From positions 59,751-123,750 of the forward strand of contig JAZDCZ010000347.1 of the NCBI GenBank assembly GCA_036679605.1: 64,000 bases of DNA, written 5' to 3'. Position numbers and translations under genes: made by a program. This DNA is from Gemmatimonadota bacterium. GTDB taxonomy: Bacteria > Gemmatimonadota > Gemmatimonadetes > Gemmatimonadales > GWC2-71-9. Under the pieces are notes generated by a model. The model did not search any database. It was not told the DNA's origin and saw only the letters and a program-made list of their open reading frames with translations. This document shows, one piece after another, positions 31,174 to 39,294 of the stretch (position 1 is its first letter; each line of letters opens with the position of its first letter).

Positions 31174-31683
31174 ATGGCAGAATTCACTGTTGCAGGTCCC
31201 TTCCGCATGCCATCTGACCAGCGTGCCGGTGGGAAGAAACTCCATTACGCTAAATTCTGGAAACAGTCGGATGAAATAGGTGGGTTACGAAAGGAATGTG
31301 GTGTATATGTGTTTGCGGTGAAAGCGGGGAAAGGATACACACCTTGGTACGTGGGGAAGGCAACGAAGTCCTTTGGTCAGGAATGTTTTAGTCCCACGAA
31401 GCGTGTCAAGTTTTATAACGCATTAGCTGAATACAAGCAAGCTACGCCCGTACTATTTTTTGTGCGCCATCCCAAGAAGCCAGGCAAGACTAATGAGAAG
31501 GAAATAGAGCAGATCGAATCTTTCCTAATTCAGCTAGCCGCCGAGAAGAACGAGAACCTCCAAAATGTTCAGAAAAAGAAAGGGCCAGATTGGTCTATTG
31601 CGGGTGTAATACGAGGGAAGAAAGGAAAGCCAACCAAGAGTGCAAGAGAGTTTAGGAAAGCAATTGGTCAAATCAAGAAATGA
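31174..31683 (+). CDS. GIY-YIG nuclease-like protein
   Basis: GVYVF...WYVGKA motif, later E (IEQIESFLI) and N; Lys-rich; AT-richer than flanks; GAGGAG SD. Confidence 0.7.
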   Translation: MAEFTVAGPFRMPSDQRAGGKKLHYAKFWKQSDEIGGLRKECGVYVFAVKAGKGYTPWYVGKATKSFGQECFSPTKRVKFYNALAEYKQATPVLFFVRHPKKPGKTNEKEIEQIESFLIQLAAEKNENLQNVQKKKGPDWSIAGVIRGKKGKPTKSAREFRKAIGQIKK

Positions 31684-31760
31684 AAGCGTCAAATAACTAC
31701 AGGTTGATCTGAAGCCATGGCCGCCACATGGTCGACGTCCGACAGTAATCAGCCTCACAA

Positions 31761-31832
31761 CAAGACGCCGCGGAGTGGTGGCGAAGGTGACTGCCGTACC
31801 GGCGATGCGAGCTACTCAGATGGTACCGTCGC
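31761..31832 (+). repeat. Fragment of the conserved small ORF (internal part missing from copy 1)
   Basis: First 25 nt identical to 28253-28277; continues ggtgactgccgtaccggcgatgcg...ggtaccgtcgc as in copies 2 and 3. Confidence 0.8.
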
Positions 31833-31854
31833 TCTTCGTGACGTCCCAAGCAAC

Positions 31855-32040
31855 CTAGACGGGGTCAATCGATAAGATGGCGACTGGTTTATGGCACTTG
31901 GTGCACTCAATCTCCATTTTGCCGAAGTGGTCCTTCGTCTTGGCCTCTTTGGTTCTCACCTCAATCTTGTCGCTCCAGACATTGCGTTCGACCGTGATAA
32001 CAGCATCGCACTTCTTGCATCCGAACTGCACAAATTTCAT
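31855..32040 (-). CDS. Small zinc-ribbon protein (61 aa)
   Basis: MKFVQFGCKKC...CTKCH; AAGGAA SD. Confidence 0.6.
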   Translation of the reverse strand: MKFVQFGCKKCDAVITVERNVWSDKIEVRTKEAKTKDHFGKMEIECTKCHKPVAILSIDPV

Positions 32041-32407
32041 GGCGTTCCTTTCACTATAGAGTAGATCGAGTGTAGGTTTGCGACCTAACGACAAAGGATT
32101 GTATACGGAGTGCTTACGGCCCGCGACTGTCGTCGCTGGATTGGTCGTCGGGCCCGACGGAAGCATGATATTCCCGGTGGTTTGAGCATTCCTGATACAA
32201 TCAGTTGAACTAATCCACTGCTGTCAATGGGTGTTGCTATCTGCTTTGCGACCTTCGACAAGGTCTCAGATGATCCGCAGTGCGGTTATGCAGCCGAGCT
32301 GCTGAGCAGGGAGAGCCGGAATTGGTGAATTGGGAATCTCGAATACGTTGTTCCCAGTAGCAGCAGTTGGGCCTAAGTGACTTGAGAGCAGATTGCCGCA
32401 GCGACTC

Positions 32408-32470
32408 CCCGATCTGCATCACGTCGACACCCCAGTTGCAGCGGCCGTGCTGGATGTGATAGTGCGGTAG
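32408..32470 (+). pseudogene. Second orphan 3' tip of the SARP-AAA regulator
   Basis: Encodes PDLHHVDTPVAAAVLDVIVR* vs PDYPRHRNTQVAAAVLDVIVR* in the intact gene. Confidence 0.8.
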
Positions 32471-32521
32471 TATGCTGGAATGGGGTGTTGCGCAGTCGCT
32501 CCTGCCTCTTGTGGTCTCATA

Positions 32522-32552
32522 TGACGCCCATCTAACGCCACCGCTGTATTGA
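32522..32552 (+). promoter_or_regulatory. Heptamer direct repeat promoter (SARP-box-like)
   Basis: TGACGCC-catc-TAACGCC, 7 nt, TATTGA; identical to 27979-28009. Confidence 0.55.
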
Positions 32553-32642
32553 TAAGGGATACGCGAGCTGCGCCGGATTGTCACACCCTCAACCCAGCTT
32601 CCAAGACCGGCACCGTTCGCCGCTACCACAGGAGAACCACAG

Positions 32643-32918
32643 ATGGTCAATCGGAAGTCCAAGTTTCTTGAGAGCACACTCTGCACGCCACTGACCGTGC
32701 CCGATGCACTCTCTGACGCAACAGACTCGGCGACGGCATCCGAGCCGGCCAAGGATCAGGCATCAGCGAAGTCGGGGGCCGACCAAGCTGACACCGGGGC
32801 GCGAGGCACGGCTGGCGAAGGTGAGTGCCCTACCGGCGATGCGATCAACTCAGAAGGTACCGTCGCCACCAATAAGAGAGCAGTCCTCCTGAATGTAGCG
32901 GATGCGATACAGGAGTAG
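32643..32918 (+). CDS. Conserved small protein, copy 2 (91 aa, apparently intact)
   Basis: AGGAGA SD; MVNRKSKFLESTLCTPLTVPDA...VADAIQE*. Confidence 0.7.
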   Translation: MVNRKSKFLESTLCTPLTVPDALSDATDSATASEPAKDQASAKSGADQADTGARGTAGEGECPTGDAINSEGTVATNKRAVLLNVADAIQE

Positions 32919-32926
32919 ATCTTTCC

Positions 32927-34726
32927 ATGACGAAACAGCTATTGCATGAACATCCGAATATGAGGACCATACCTGCGCTCCGTTATGCCGCCGTCCTCAT
33001 AACGGCTATTGTTTCGGCCTGTGGTGGTGGCCAGCCCAGCGCACCTGGGGAGCAGGACGCGTCTGCACCGACGATCCATGTAGCCCCGAGTACCGCCACA
33101 CTCGTGTCGCTAGGCGCGACTGTTCAATTCGCCGCTACGGCACGAGATGCCGCTGGCCGTATCATACCGGGCAAGGCATTTACGTGGACGTCAAACGACG
33201 GGAATGTGGCGACCGTCAGCGACTCCGGTCTGGTTATGGCGATCGCGAACGGACAAACATTTATCACAGCGAGTGCCGATGGCATCCAGGACTCGGCATC
33301 ACTTACGGTCTCGCAAATAGCCGTTCGACTAAACGTCAAACCAGACAGCTTGGTTCTGACTGCGATTGGAGATACTGCACGGCTCACTGGGCAGGTGTTC
33401 GATGCGAATGACAGCATCGTTGTGGACGCCCCACTGGCCTGGTCGAGCGGGAATCCGACAGCGGTGACCGTGGACACGACGGGACTAGTGACAGCTCTGA
33501 GACGCGGCACTGTAGCAATTGCCGCACAGAGTGGCGCTGTGCGTGATTCTGCGGTTATCGCTGCGAGATTACCGATTGTTGTCGTGACGCCGAGGGGTAG
33601 CGGCTTGAGCGGTGTTGGAAGCACGCTGATCGCAATGGCCGAGTTCCGCGATTCCGCTGATAACGCGATTGGTGGTAAGACATTCTCCTGGACCAGTCTG
33701 AATCCGACGGTGGCGACCATAGAGCCTGGAACCGGATTAGTCACCGCAGTTACGAGCGGGCAGGCCATCATTCAGGCTACAGCGGATGGGCTTGGCGGCT
33801 ACGGACTTATTACCGTCAACGTGGCAGAAGCATCGCCGGCCATGACATGGGACTCTGTTGCCAGCCCCACGGACACTAGCATGTATTCGGTTTGGGGTTA
33901 TAGCGCTGACGACGTGTGGGCAGGAGCCATTGGCTCGATCCTGCATTTTGACGGAACGGCATGGACCGTGGCGCTCGACACGGGTCTTCCGACATCGGCT
34001 TTCATTACTGGGATCTGGGGCAGCCAAGCAGATGACGTGTGGGCCATCGCCGCCCCCCAAACATTTCTCCACTTCGATGGAGCATCTTGGTCCAAAGTAC
34101 CCAGTCAGGAAGATTTTGGACCCACAGGTATCTGGGGAAGTGCACCCAACGACATCTGGGTGTCTGGATCCTTTGGCATTGGGCATTACGACGGTGATGC
34201 CTGGCGTCGGGTAAAGGTCCCTCTGATCTCCGCTGACGTAGAATTCGTCGGCATCTGGGGCACGGCAGCAGACGACATCTGGGTCGTCGCGAATTCAGCT
34301 ACCAGACCTGACGTAGCCCTCCACTACGACGGTAAGGATTGGCAAATTGTTACCATTTCATTTGGCATAAATAACGCAAGTGTCTGGGCGGCAAGCAGTA
34401 GTGACGTCTGGATCGTCGGAGCTACTCGCAAACACTTCGACGGCAGCAGTTGGAGTGTATCTACCACGGACGCAAATGGTACAAGGATTGAGAGCGGTAT
34501 GCGTTCGGTTTATGGCACTGCACCGGCAGACGTGTATAGCGCCGGCGTCCCTCAAATTGCCGACGGTGTTGTAAGCGAATCTGGCCTTTTGCACTTCGAC
34601 GGAGCAGCATGGCAGTATCTTTCAAATCCTGTGTCTACCCAGCTCAACGCTATATGGGGTCGCGCACCGGGCGTTGTGTGGATGGTGGGTGAGTACGGTG
34701 CAATCATTCGAGGTCGCCGGCAGTGA
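32927..34726 (+). CDS. Lipoprotein with Big_2 Ig domains and W-G-S-x-x-D-V-W beta-propeller-like repeats
   Basis: IVSAC lipobox; WTSNDGNVATVS etc.; WGYSADDVW/WGSQADDVW/HFDGxxW repeats. Confidence 0.88.
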   Translation: MTKQLLHEHPNMRTIPALRYAAVLITAIVSACGGGQPSAPGEQDASAPTIHVAPSTATLVSLGATVQFAATARDAAGRIIPGKAFTWTSNDGNVATVSDSGLVMAIANGQTFITASADGIQDSASLTVSQIAVRLNVKPDSLVLTAIGDTARLTGQVFDANDSIVVDAPLAWSSGNPTAVTVDTTGLVTALRRGTVAIAAQSGAVRDSAVIAARLPIVVVTPRGSGLSGVGSTLIAMAEFRDSADNAIGGKTFSWTSLNPTVATIEPGTGLVTAVTSGQAIIQATADGLGGYGLITVNVAEASPAMTWDSVASPTDTSMYSVWGYSADDVWAGAIGSILHFDGTAWTVALDTGLPTSAFITGIWGSQADDVWAIAAPQTFLHFDGASWSKVPSQEDFGPTGIWGSAPNDIWVSGSFGIGHYDGDAWRRVKVPLISADVEFVGIWGTAADDIWVVANSATRPDVALHYDGKDWQIVTISFGINNASVWAASSSDVWIVGATRKHFDGSSWSVSTTDANGTRIESGMRSVYGTAPADVYSAGVPQIADGVVSESGLLHFDGAAWQYLSNPVSTQLNAIWGRAPGVVWMVGEYGAIIRGRRQ

Positions 34727-34731
34727 TCTCG

Positions 34732-35004
34732 GGCCGATCGGAAATCCAAGTTTCTTGAAAGTACCCTCTGCACGCCACTTACCGTACCCGATGCATCCTG
34801 TGATGCAACAGACTCGACGACGGCATTCGAGCTGGCCAAGGATCAGGCATCAGCGAAATCTGGGGCCGTGCAAGCCGGCACCAAAACACCCAGGAGTGGC
34901 GGCGAAGGTGACTGCCCTACCGACGATGCGAGTGACTCAGATGGTACCGTCGCCACAAACAGAAGATCAGTCATCCCGAATGTAGCGGATGCAATACAGG
35001 AGGA
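34732..35004 (+). pseudogene. Conserved small ORF, copy 3 (start codon and promoter lost, stop TAG replaced by GAG)
   Basis: ADRKSKFLESTLCTPLTVPDASCDATDS...VADAIQEE directly after the upstream stop. Confidence 0.7.
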
Positions 35005-35012
35005 GTTTTTCC

Positions 35013-37061
35013 ATGAAGAAACATCTGCTGCATCAACATCCGAATATCAGCCCCATGACTGTGCTCCGCCATGCCGCCGCCCTGATAACAGCCATTGTGT
35101 CAGGCTCTTGCGGTTCGGGTTCTAGGACAGAAACATCAACAGGCCCAACCGATACTCCGCGCACCCCCCCTGCGCCACCCTCGGTAGCCACGGTGAACGT
35201 GCTTCCAGCCAGCGTGACTCTGCTGGCTTTGGGCGCGAGTCAGCAGTTCACAGCGATGGCTCTGGCAGCTTCCGGTGACACCATAACGGGCAAGACATTT
35301 GCCTGGTCTTCGTCCGATTCAAGTGTGGCGTCAGTCGAAGCGTCTGGTCTTGCCACTGCCGTCAGTAATGGCACCGCCACTATTCGAGCGACGGTCGAAG
35401 GCGTTGGCGGTGCAGGCAGGCTTGAGGTCGCGGTCGCTGAGGTCCTGACATCCATTACTGTCACTCCCGACTCAGCTCTCCTGACGGCGCTAGGAGACAC
35501 GCTACAGTTTGCGGCTGAGGCCCTCGATCTGAATGGAAACACCTTAGCGGCGCAGCCCTCGTTTACGTGGCGAAGTTCCGACACTGCTGTAGCGACTGTG
35601 GACGGGACCGGGCTCGTTGTAGCGGTCGCTAACGGCACCGTGACGATCTCAGCAGATGTGGGCAACGTCATCGGAACCGCTACCCTCAACATCGACCAAG
35701 TGGTGTCGAGCGTGACCGTCACCCCCGATTCGGCCTTACTGACTGCGCTGGGCGATACTGTAAGGTTTGCGGCTGAGGCGCATGATGCCAACGGGATCTT
35801 GCTGGCGACTCAGCCTTCGGTGGTTTGGGGCAGTACTGACTCAGCGGTAGCGAGCATCGACAACACAGGACTCGCGACGGCCGTCGCCAATGGACCATCC
35901 AGCATCATCGCAATCGCAGATGCAGTTGAAGGAAACGGGACCGTCGAGGTCAGCCCGGTAATCCAGGTCGTTAATGGCCGTAACCACACCTGTGTACTCC
36001 TGGCCAATGGAACAGCGTTCTGTTGGGGAAACAATCGCTTCGGTCAGCTCGGTGATGGTTCCACGGATGAAAGAGCCGAACCGGTGCGTGTACTAGGAAC
36101 AGTTCGGTTCGTGTTCCTGGCAACTGGAGGCGAAGCCACGACGTGCGGATTCGACTCATCAGGGTCGCTATATTGCTGGGGCGACAACCAATGGGGACAG
36201 TTCGGCAACGGGACAACCACAAACAGTCTCCAGCCGGTGGTCGCCGGTGGAGGGCTGTCCTACACGTTTGTAGGATTGGGAGCTGGGCACGCATGTGGTT
36301 TCGCGACGAGCGGGAAATTGTATTGTTGGGGATGGAACCACGTTGGACAGGTGGGCGACTCAACGGCGAACTTCTGTCTCGGCGGGTGTAATCCGGACTT
36401 ACAGCACGTGGTTCTAGGGCCGACTCTCGTCGTCGGAGGGATCACGTTCAGCGGTGTTGCGGTTGGCTGGGGTCACAATTGTGGGTGGGATGCTGCGGGG
36501 ACCGCCTACTGTTGGGGCATCAATCAAGACGGGCAACGCGGCGACAGCTCGACGGTCCTAGCACGCTCAGTTCCCGAAAAGGTGAGCGGTTCCCATAGTT
36601 ACGAACGGCTGACGACCTTGAATTTCACCACGTGTGGTACTACAACCCAGGGATCAACTTACTGTTGGGGATTCAACGTGTGGGGTCAGCTGGGGGCCGG
36701 AATGGACACGTCTTCTGTCAATTCGCCGGTGCTTGTAGCGGGACCTGCTTTCTCTCACCTCTCATCAGGAAATGGTTACCATGTTTGCGCCGTCGAGGCT
36801 GGTACAAGCGCAACATTTTGCTGGGGCCTAAACCAATCAGGTGAGCTAGGGGATGGGACGCAAGTGAACCGGAATCAACCGACTCAAGTGAACAGCACCG
36901 TATCGTTCGTCAGCATCGCGACCAGTTGGAGCCACTCATGCGGGCTCGATGCTGACGGCAAGACCTTCTGTTGGGGATCGAGAAAATTGGGAGTACTTGG
37001 ACTCGGAAGTCCAATCACGGGGCTTGAAGTCACTCCGCGCCGAGTGCGCATCATTCCGTAG
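35013..37061 (+). CDS. Lipoprotein with Big_2 Ig domains and RCC1-like repeats
   Basis: VSGSC lipobox; HTC..AFCWGNNRFGQLGDG RCC1 repeats; GGAG SD 7 nt before ATG 35013. Confidence 0.9.
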   Translation: MKKHLLHQHPNISPMTVLRHAAALITAIVSGSCGSGSRTETSTGPTDTPRTPPAPPSVATVNVLPASVTLLALGASQQFTAMALAASGDTITGKTFAWSSSDSSVASVEASGLATAVSNGTATIRATVEGVGGAGRLEVAVAEVLTSITVTPDSALLTALGDTLQFAAEALDLNGNTLAAQPSFTWRSSDTAVATVDGTGLVVAVANGTVTISADVGNVIGTATLNIDQVVSSVTVTPDSALLTALGDTVRFAAEAHDANGILLATQPSVVWGSTDSAVASIDNTGLATAVANGPSSIIAIADAVEGNGTVEVSPVIQVVNGRNHTCVLLANGTAFCWGNNRFGQLGDGSTDERAEPVRVLGTVRFVFLATGGEATTCGFDSSGSLYCWGDNQWGQFGNGTTTNSLQPVVAGGGLSYTFVGLGAGHACGFATSGKLYCWGWNHVGQVGDSTANFCLGGCNPDLQHVVLGPTLVVGGITFSGVAVGWGHNCGWDAAGTAYCWGINQDGQRGDSSTVLARSVPEKVSGSHSYERLTTLNFTTCGTTTQGSTYCWGFNVWGQLGAGMDTSSVNSPVLVAGPAFSHLSSGNGYHVCAVEAGTSATFCWGLNQSGELGDGTQVNRNQPTQVNSTVSFVSIATSWSHSCGLDADGKTFCWGSRKLGVLGLGSPITGLEVTPRRVRIIP

Positions 37062-37491
37062 GATCCCAGGCTGTGCAGGCGGATAGGTCCTACAGGATCG
37101 TACCATGTGTAGATCCAACCCACATGCCGAATAGGACGGAGGTCGCCACCCTCTCATCGAGTTGAGGCGGGCATGCACCGGTTTCATAAATCAATTTTGG
37201 GGAAGAGGTCCACATGACGGTGCTTCAGGCGATCGCTCCGACTACATCAGCGCGGACTTCATCGCTATTCCGATCCCCCAGGAACCCCGCGACTCTCATC
37301 GTTCCAACGCTGTCGAGCCTGCCTAAGTCCGCTTCAAGAATCCGGATCGCTTCCACTCCATTTGAGCCGTTGCACTCTCAACTCGGAGACAGCTTCTTGG
37401 GCGCGCTCAGGATGAGCCGCGAGATCCAAATAGACATGAAGGGTGTCCCACAGTCCGGACCCTCCAAGCATTCCGCGCTAGCGGCAAGCGC

Positions 37492-37537
37492 TTGTTCGGA
37501 AGTGAACGGCATATTATGCTTCATGTAAAGCGTGAAG
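37492..37537 (+). promoter_or_regulatory. higBA promoter and candidate antitoxin operator
   Basis: TTGTTC-17-TATGCT; imperfect palindrome CTTCATG-taaag-CGTGAAG (37519-37537). Confidence 0.55.
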
Positions 37538-37567
37538 ATCGGACTACTGGCAGAGGGGACGGCGCGT

Positions 37568-37858
37568 TTGATCATCGCGTTCAGAGACAAGGGCACCGAG
37601 AACATTTTCGATGGCGAGGATACGAAGTCAGCCCGGAAGACCCTCCCTGGCCTCCTCCATAAGAAGGCCGGGAGCACGTTGGACCGCTTGAATTCCGCGG
37701 TCTCCCTGCGGTCTCTGTCGCTTCCAGGCCTGCAGTTGGAGAAGCTGAAAGGGGACCGCGTTGGCCAGCATTCGATTCGAATCAACGATCAGTACCGGGT
37801 CTGCTTCCGCTGGACCGAAGCCGGAGCGGAAGATGTTGAGATCGTAGACTACCATTGA
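37568..37858 (+). CDS. higB: HigB (RelE/ParE superfamily) toxin
   Basis: F.DKGTE.IFDG..LEKLKGDRVGQHSIRINDQYRVCFRW....AEDVEIVDYH; likely TTG start. Confidence 0.92.
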   Translation: MIIAFRDKGTENIFDGEDTKSARKTLPGLLHKKAGSTLDRLNSAVSLRSLSLPGLQLEKLKGDRVGQHSIRINDQYRVCFRWTEAGAEDVEIVDYH

Positions 37859-37893
37859 GGCCCCGAGCCCAGCTAAAGCCATAGGAACGAGCC

Positions 37894-38202
37894 ATGCGTC
37901 GCTTGCCGAAAAACCGTCGTCCAACCCATCCGGGTGAGGTCTTCTCGGAGGATTTCCTGATCCCCCTTGCAATCACTCAGAAGGAAGCCGCAGAGCGCCT
38001 CCGGATCTCCTATCCGAGGATGAACGAGATCGTGAACGGTAAGCGTAGCGTGACGCCGGACACCGCGCTCCGGCTTGCCAGGTTCACCGATACCGAGCCC
38101 GAGTTCTGGCTCAATCTCCAGCAGGCAGTCGATCTGTGGGACGCAATGCATTCAGATCAGGCGGCCGAGTTAAAGGAAATCCGGCCTGCGCACGTCGCCT
38201 GA
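37894..38202 (+). CDS. higA: HigA antitoxin (HTH)
   Basis: PTHPGEV..EDFLIPL..NEIVNGKRSVTPDTALRLARF..PEFWLNLQ. Confidence 0.94.
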   Translation: MRRLPKNRRPTHPGEVFSEDFLIPLAITQKEAAERLRISYPRMNEIVNGKRSVTPDTALRLARFTDTEPEFWLNLQQAVDLWDAMHSDQAAELKEIRPAHVA

Positions 38203-38567
38203 GCCGCCCCGAAGGTTGGGCCTCGCTTCCTGACAGGCATTAGGTAATGAAGTGCTCGGCGGGTAACCGCTCTGGTTTACTTCATACTCTGCATCCCTTG
38301 TTCAATATTCGATTCGCTCAAAGCATATCTGGATGTGGGGTTTGAGCCACCCGTGTTCCGCCCAGCGCTCAAGGCTCACTACCGACCACCCGGATCGCTT
38401 TCACTCCATTTGAGCAGTTGGACTCTCAGCTCGGAGGTAGCTTCTTGGACATAAGAGAGCCGGCAGACTAAACGCCTGCCGGCTACTCAACGCAGCGAAA
38501 GAGCTACGCAATGTGGCACTCCGTTAAACGAAACCTACGGCACGATAAGCATCTTGTCGAGGTTCTC

Positions 38568-39180
38568 TCATCTCCACGAGGCAGGGCGTTTCAAGACATA
38601 ACCGTCTGGCTTGGTTACCTCATCAGGGAATTGACTGTCTTGCAATTTCTTACGGCCGATGCGAAAAGAAGCATTCGCAGTCTTCTCGAGATGTTTCGAC
38701 TGCCGGTTCGGCGGGCATGCGATGACAATTCGTTTCTCGGGGAACCGGCGGAGCACCGACTCAACGGGAGCCGTAAGATCGCTGTCCGCCGATAACAGCA
38801 ACGCCGTGTCGAATGCATCCGCATAAGCGTCGTTCAGTAGCTCTACAGCGATGTTGACATCCGTCATCTTCTCCTCGTGGCTCTCCCAGATTGCCCCGCA
38901 GCGACGGCATTTTTGCGCTTTCGGGAGATAAGTGCCCGTAGTAAATCTGCGTATCCTGCTGCGTGCCGACGGCTTCCAGAAACGTCGCCTGACGCTTGTG
39001 CTTCCCTGGGTTGTGGCTCACCCTGGCGGTGAAATACTTCGTGAGCAGGAGCTGCTGGCCCGGCTTCAGCAGGTTCTCCATCAGCAGGCGCGGATTGAGC
39101 CAGTAATACCGGCGCCAACCCTTGGACCTGATACCAAAATAGAGGTTGAATCCGTCGATATAAGCGATCACCCTCTGCAT
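38568..39180 (-). pseudogene. NYN-domain (PIN-like) nuclease, +1 frameshift near 38930
   Basis: YIDGFNLY N-terminus; EEKMTDVNIA and SADSDL in second frame; removing one T from cacTTatc joins both as GHYLPKAQKCRRCG. Confidence 0.88.
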
Positions 39181-39200
39181 ACAGAGTCCAGCTCGGCGCA

Positions 39201-39229
39201 TTGACAGATCGAGCCAGGATTCGTATTAT
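39201..39229 (+). promoter_or_regulatory. Near-consensus sigma70 promoter divergent from the NYN gene
   Basis: TTGACA-17 bp-TATTAT. Confidence 0.75.
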
Positions 39230-39235
39230 TTGCCC

Positions 39236-39294
39236 ATAACCCCGCCGGCGATAGCATCGTCGGCCCGACGCCCCGCAAGGGGCGTTTCTCTTTT
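39236..39294 (+). ncRNA. Candidate ~60-nt small RNA (hairpin plus intrinsic terminator)
   Basis: GCCGGCGAT-agc-ATCGTCGGC hairpin, then ACGCCCC-gcaa-GGGGCGT-TTCTCTTTT; no ORF. Confidence 0.55.

Larger units (their letters stand above)
37342..38448. repeat. Imperfect 59-bp direct repeats (37342-37400 and 38390-38448) flanking higBA
   Basis: ccggatcgctt(c/t)cactccatttgagc(c/a)gttg(c/g)actctca(a/g)ctcggag..agcttcttgg. Confidence 0.85.

Noticed and set aside
28101..32918. RiPP biosynthetic cluster built on the small ORFs
   Set aside because: No radical SAM, YcaO, lanthipeptide synthetase, ATP-grasp, peptidase or transporter genes nearby.
32237..34839. Minus-strand ORFs sharing SGTVSGVQ.VLSRNLDFR (32237-32752, 34552-34839)
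   Set aside because: Shadow frame of the plus-strand small ORF, which has the SD, ATG and operon orientation.
27900..35010. CRISPR array or integron attC cassettes
   Set aside because: Repeats are hundreds of bp, kilobases apart and partly coding; no short regular repeat-spacer pattern, no clear RYYYAAC...GTTRRRY sites, no cas or intI gene.
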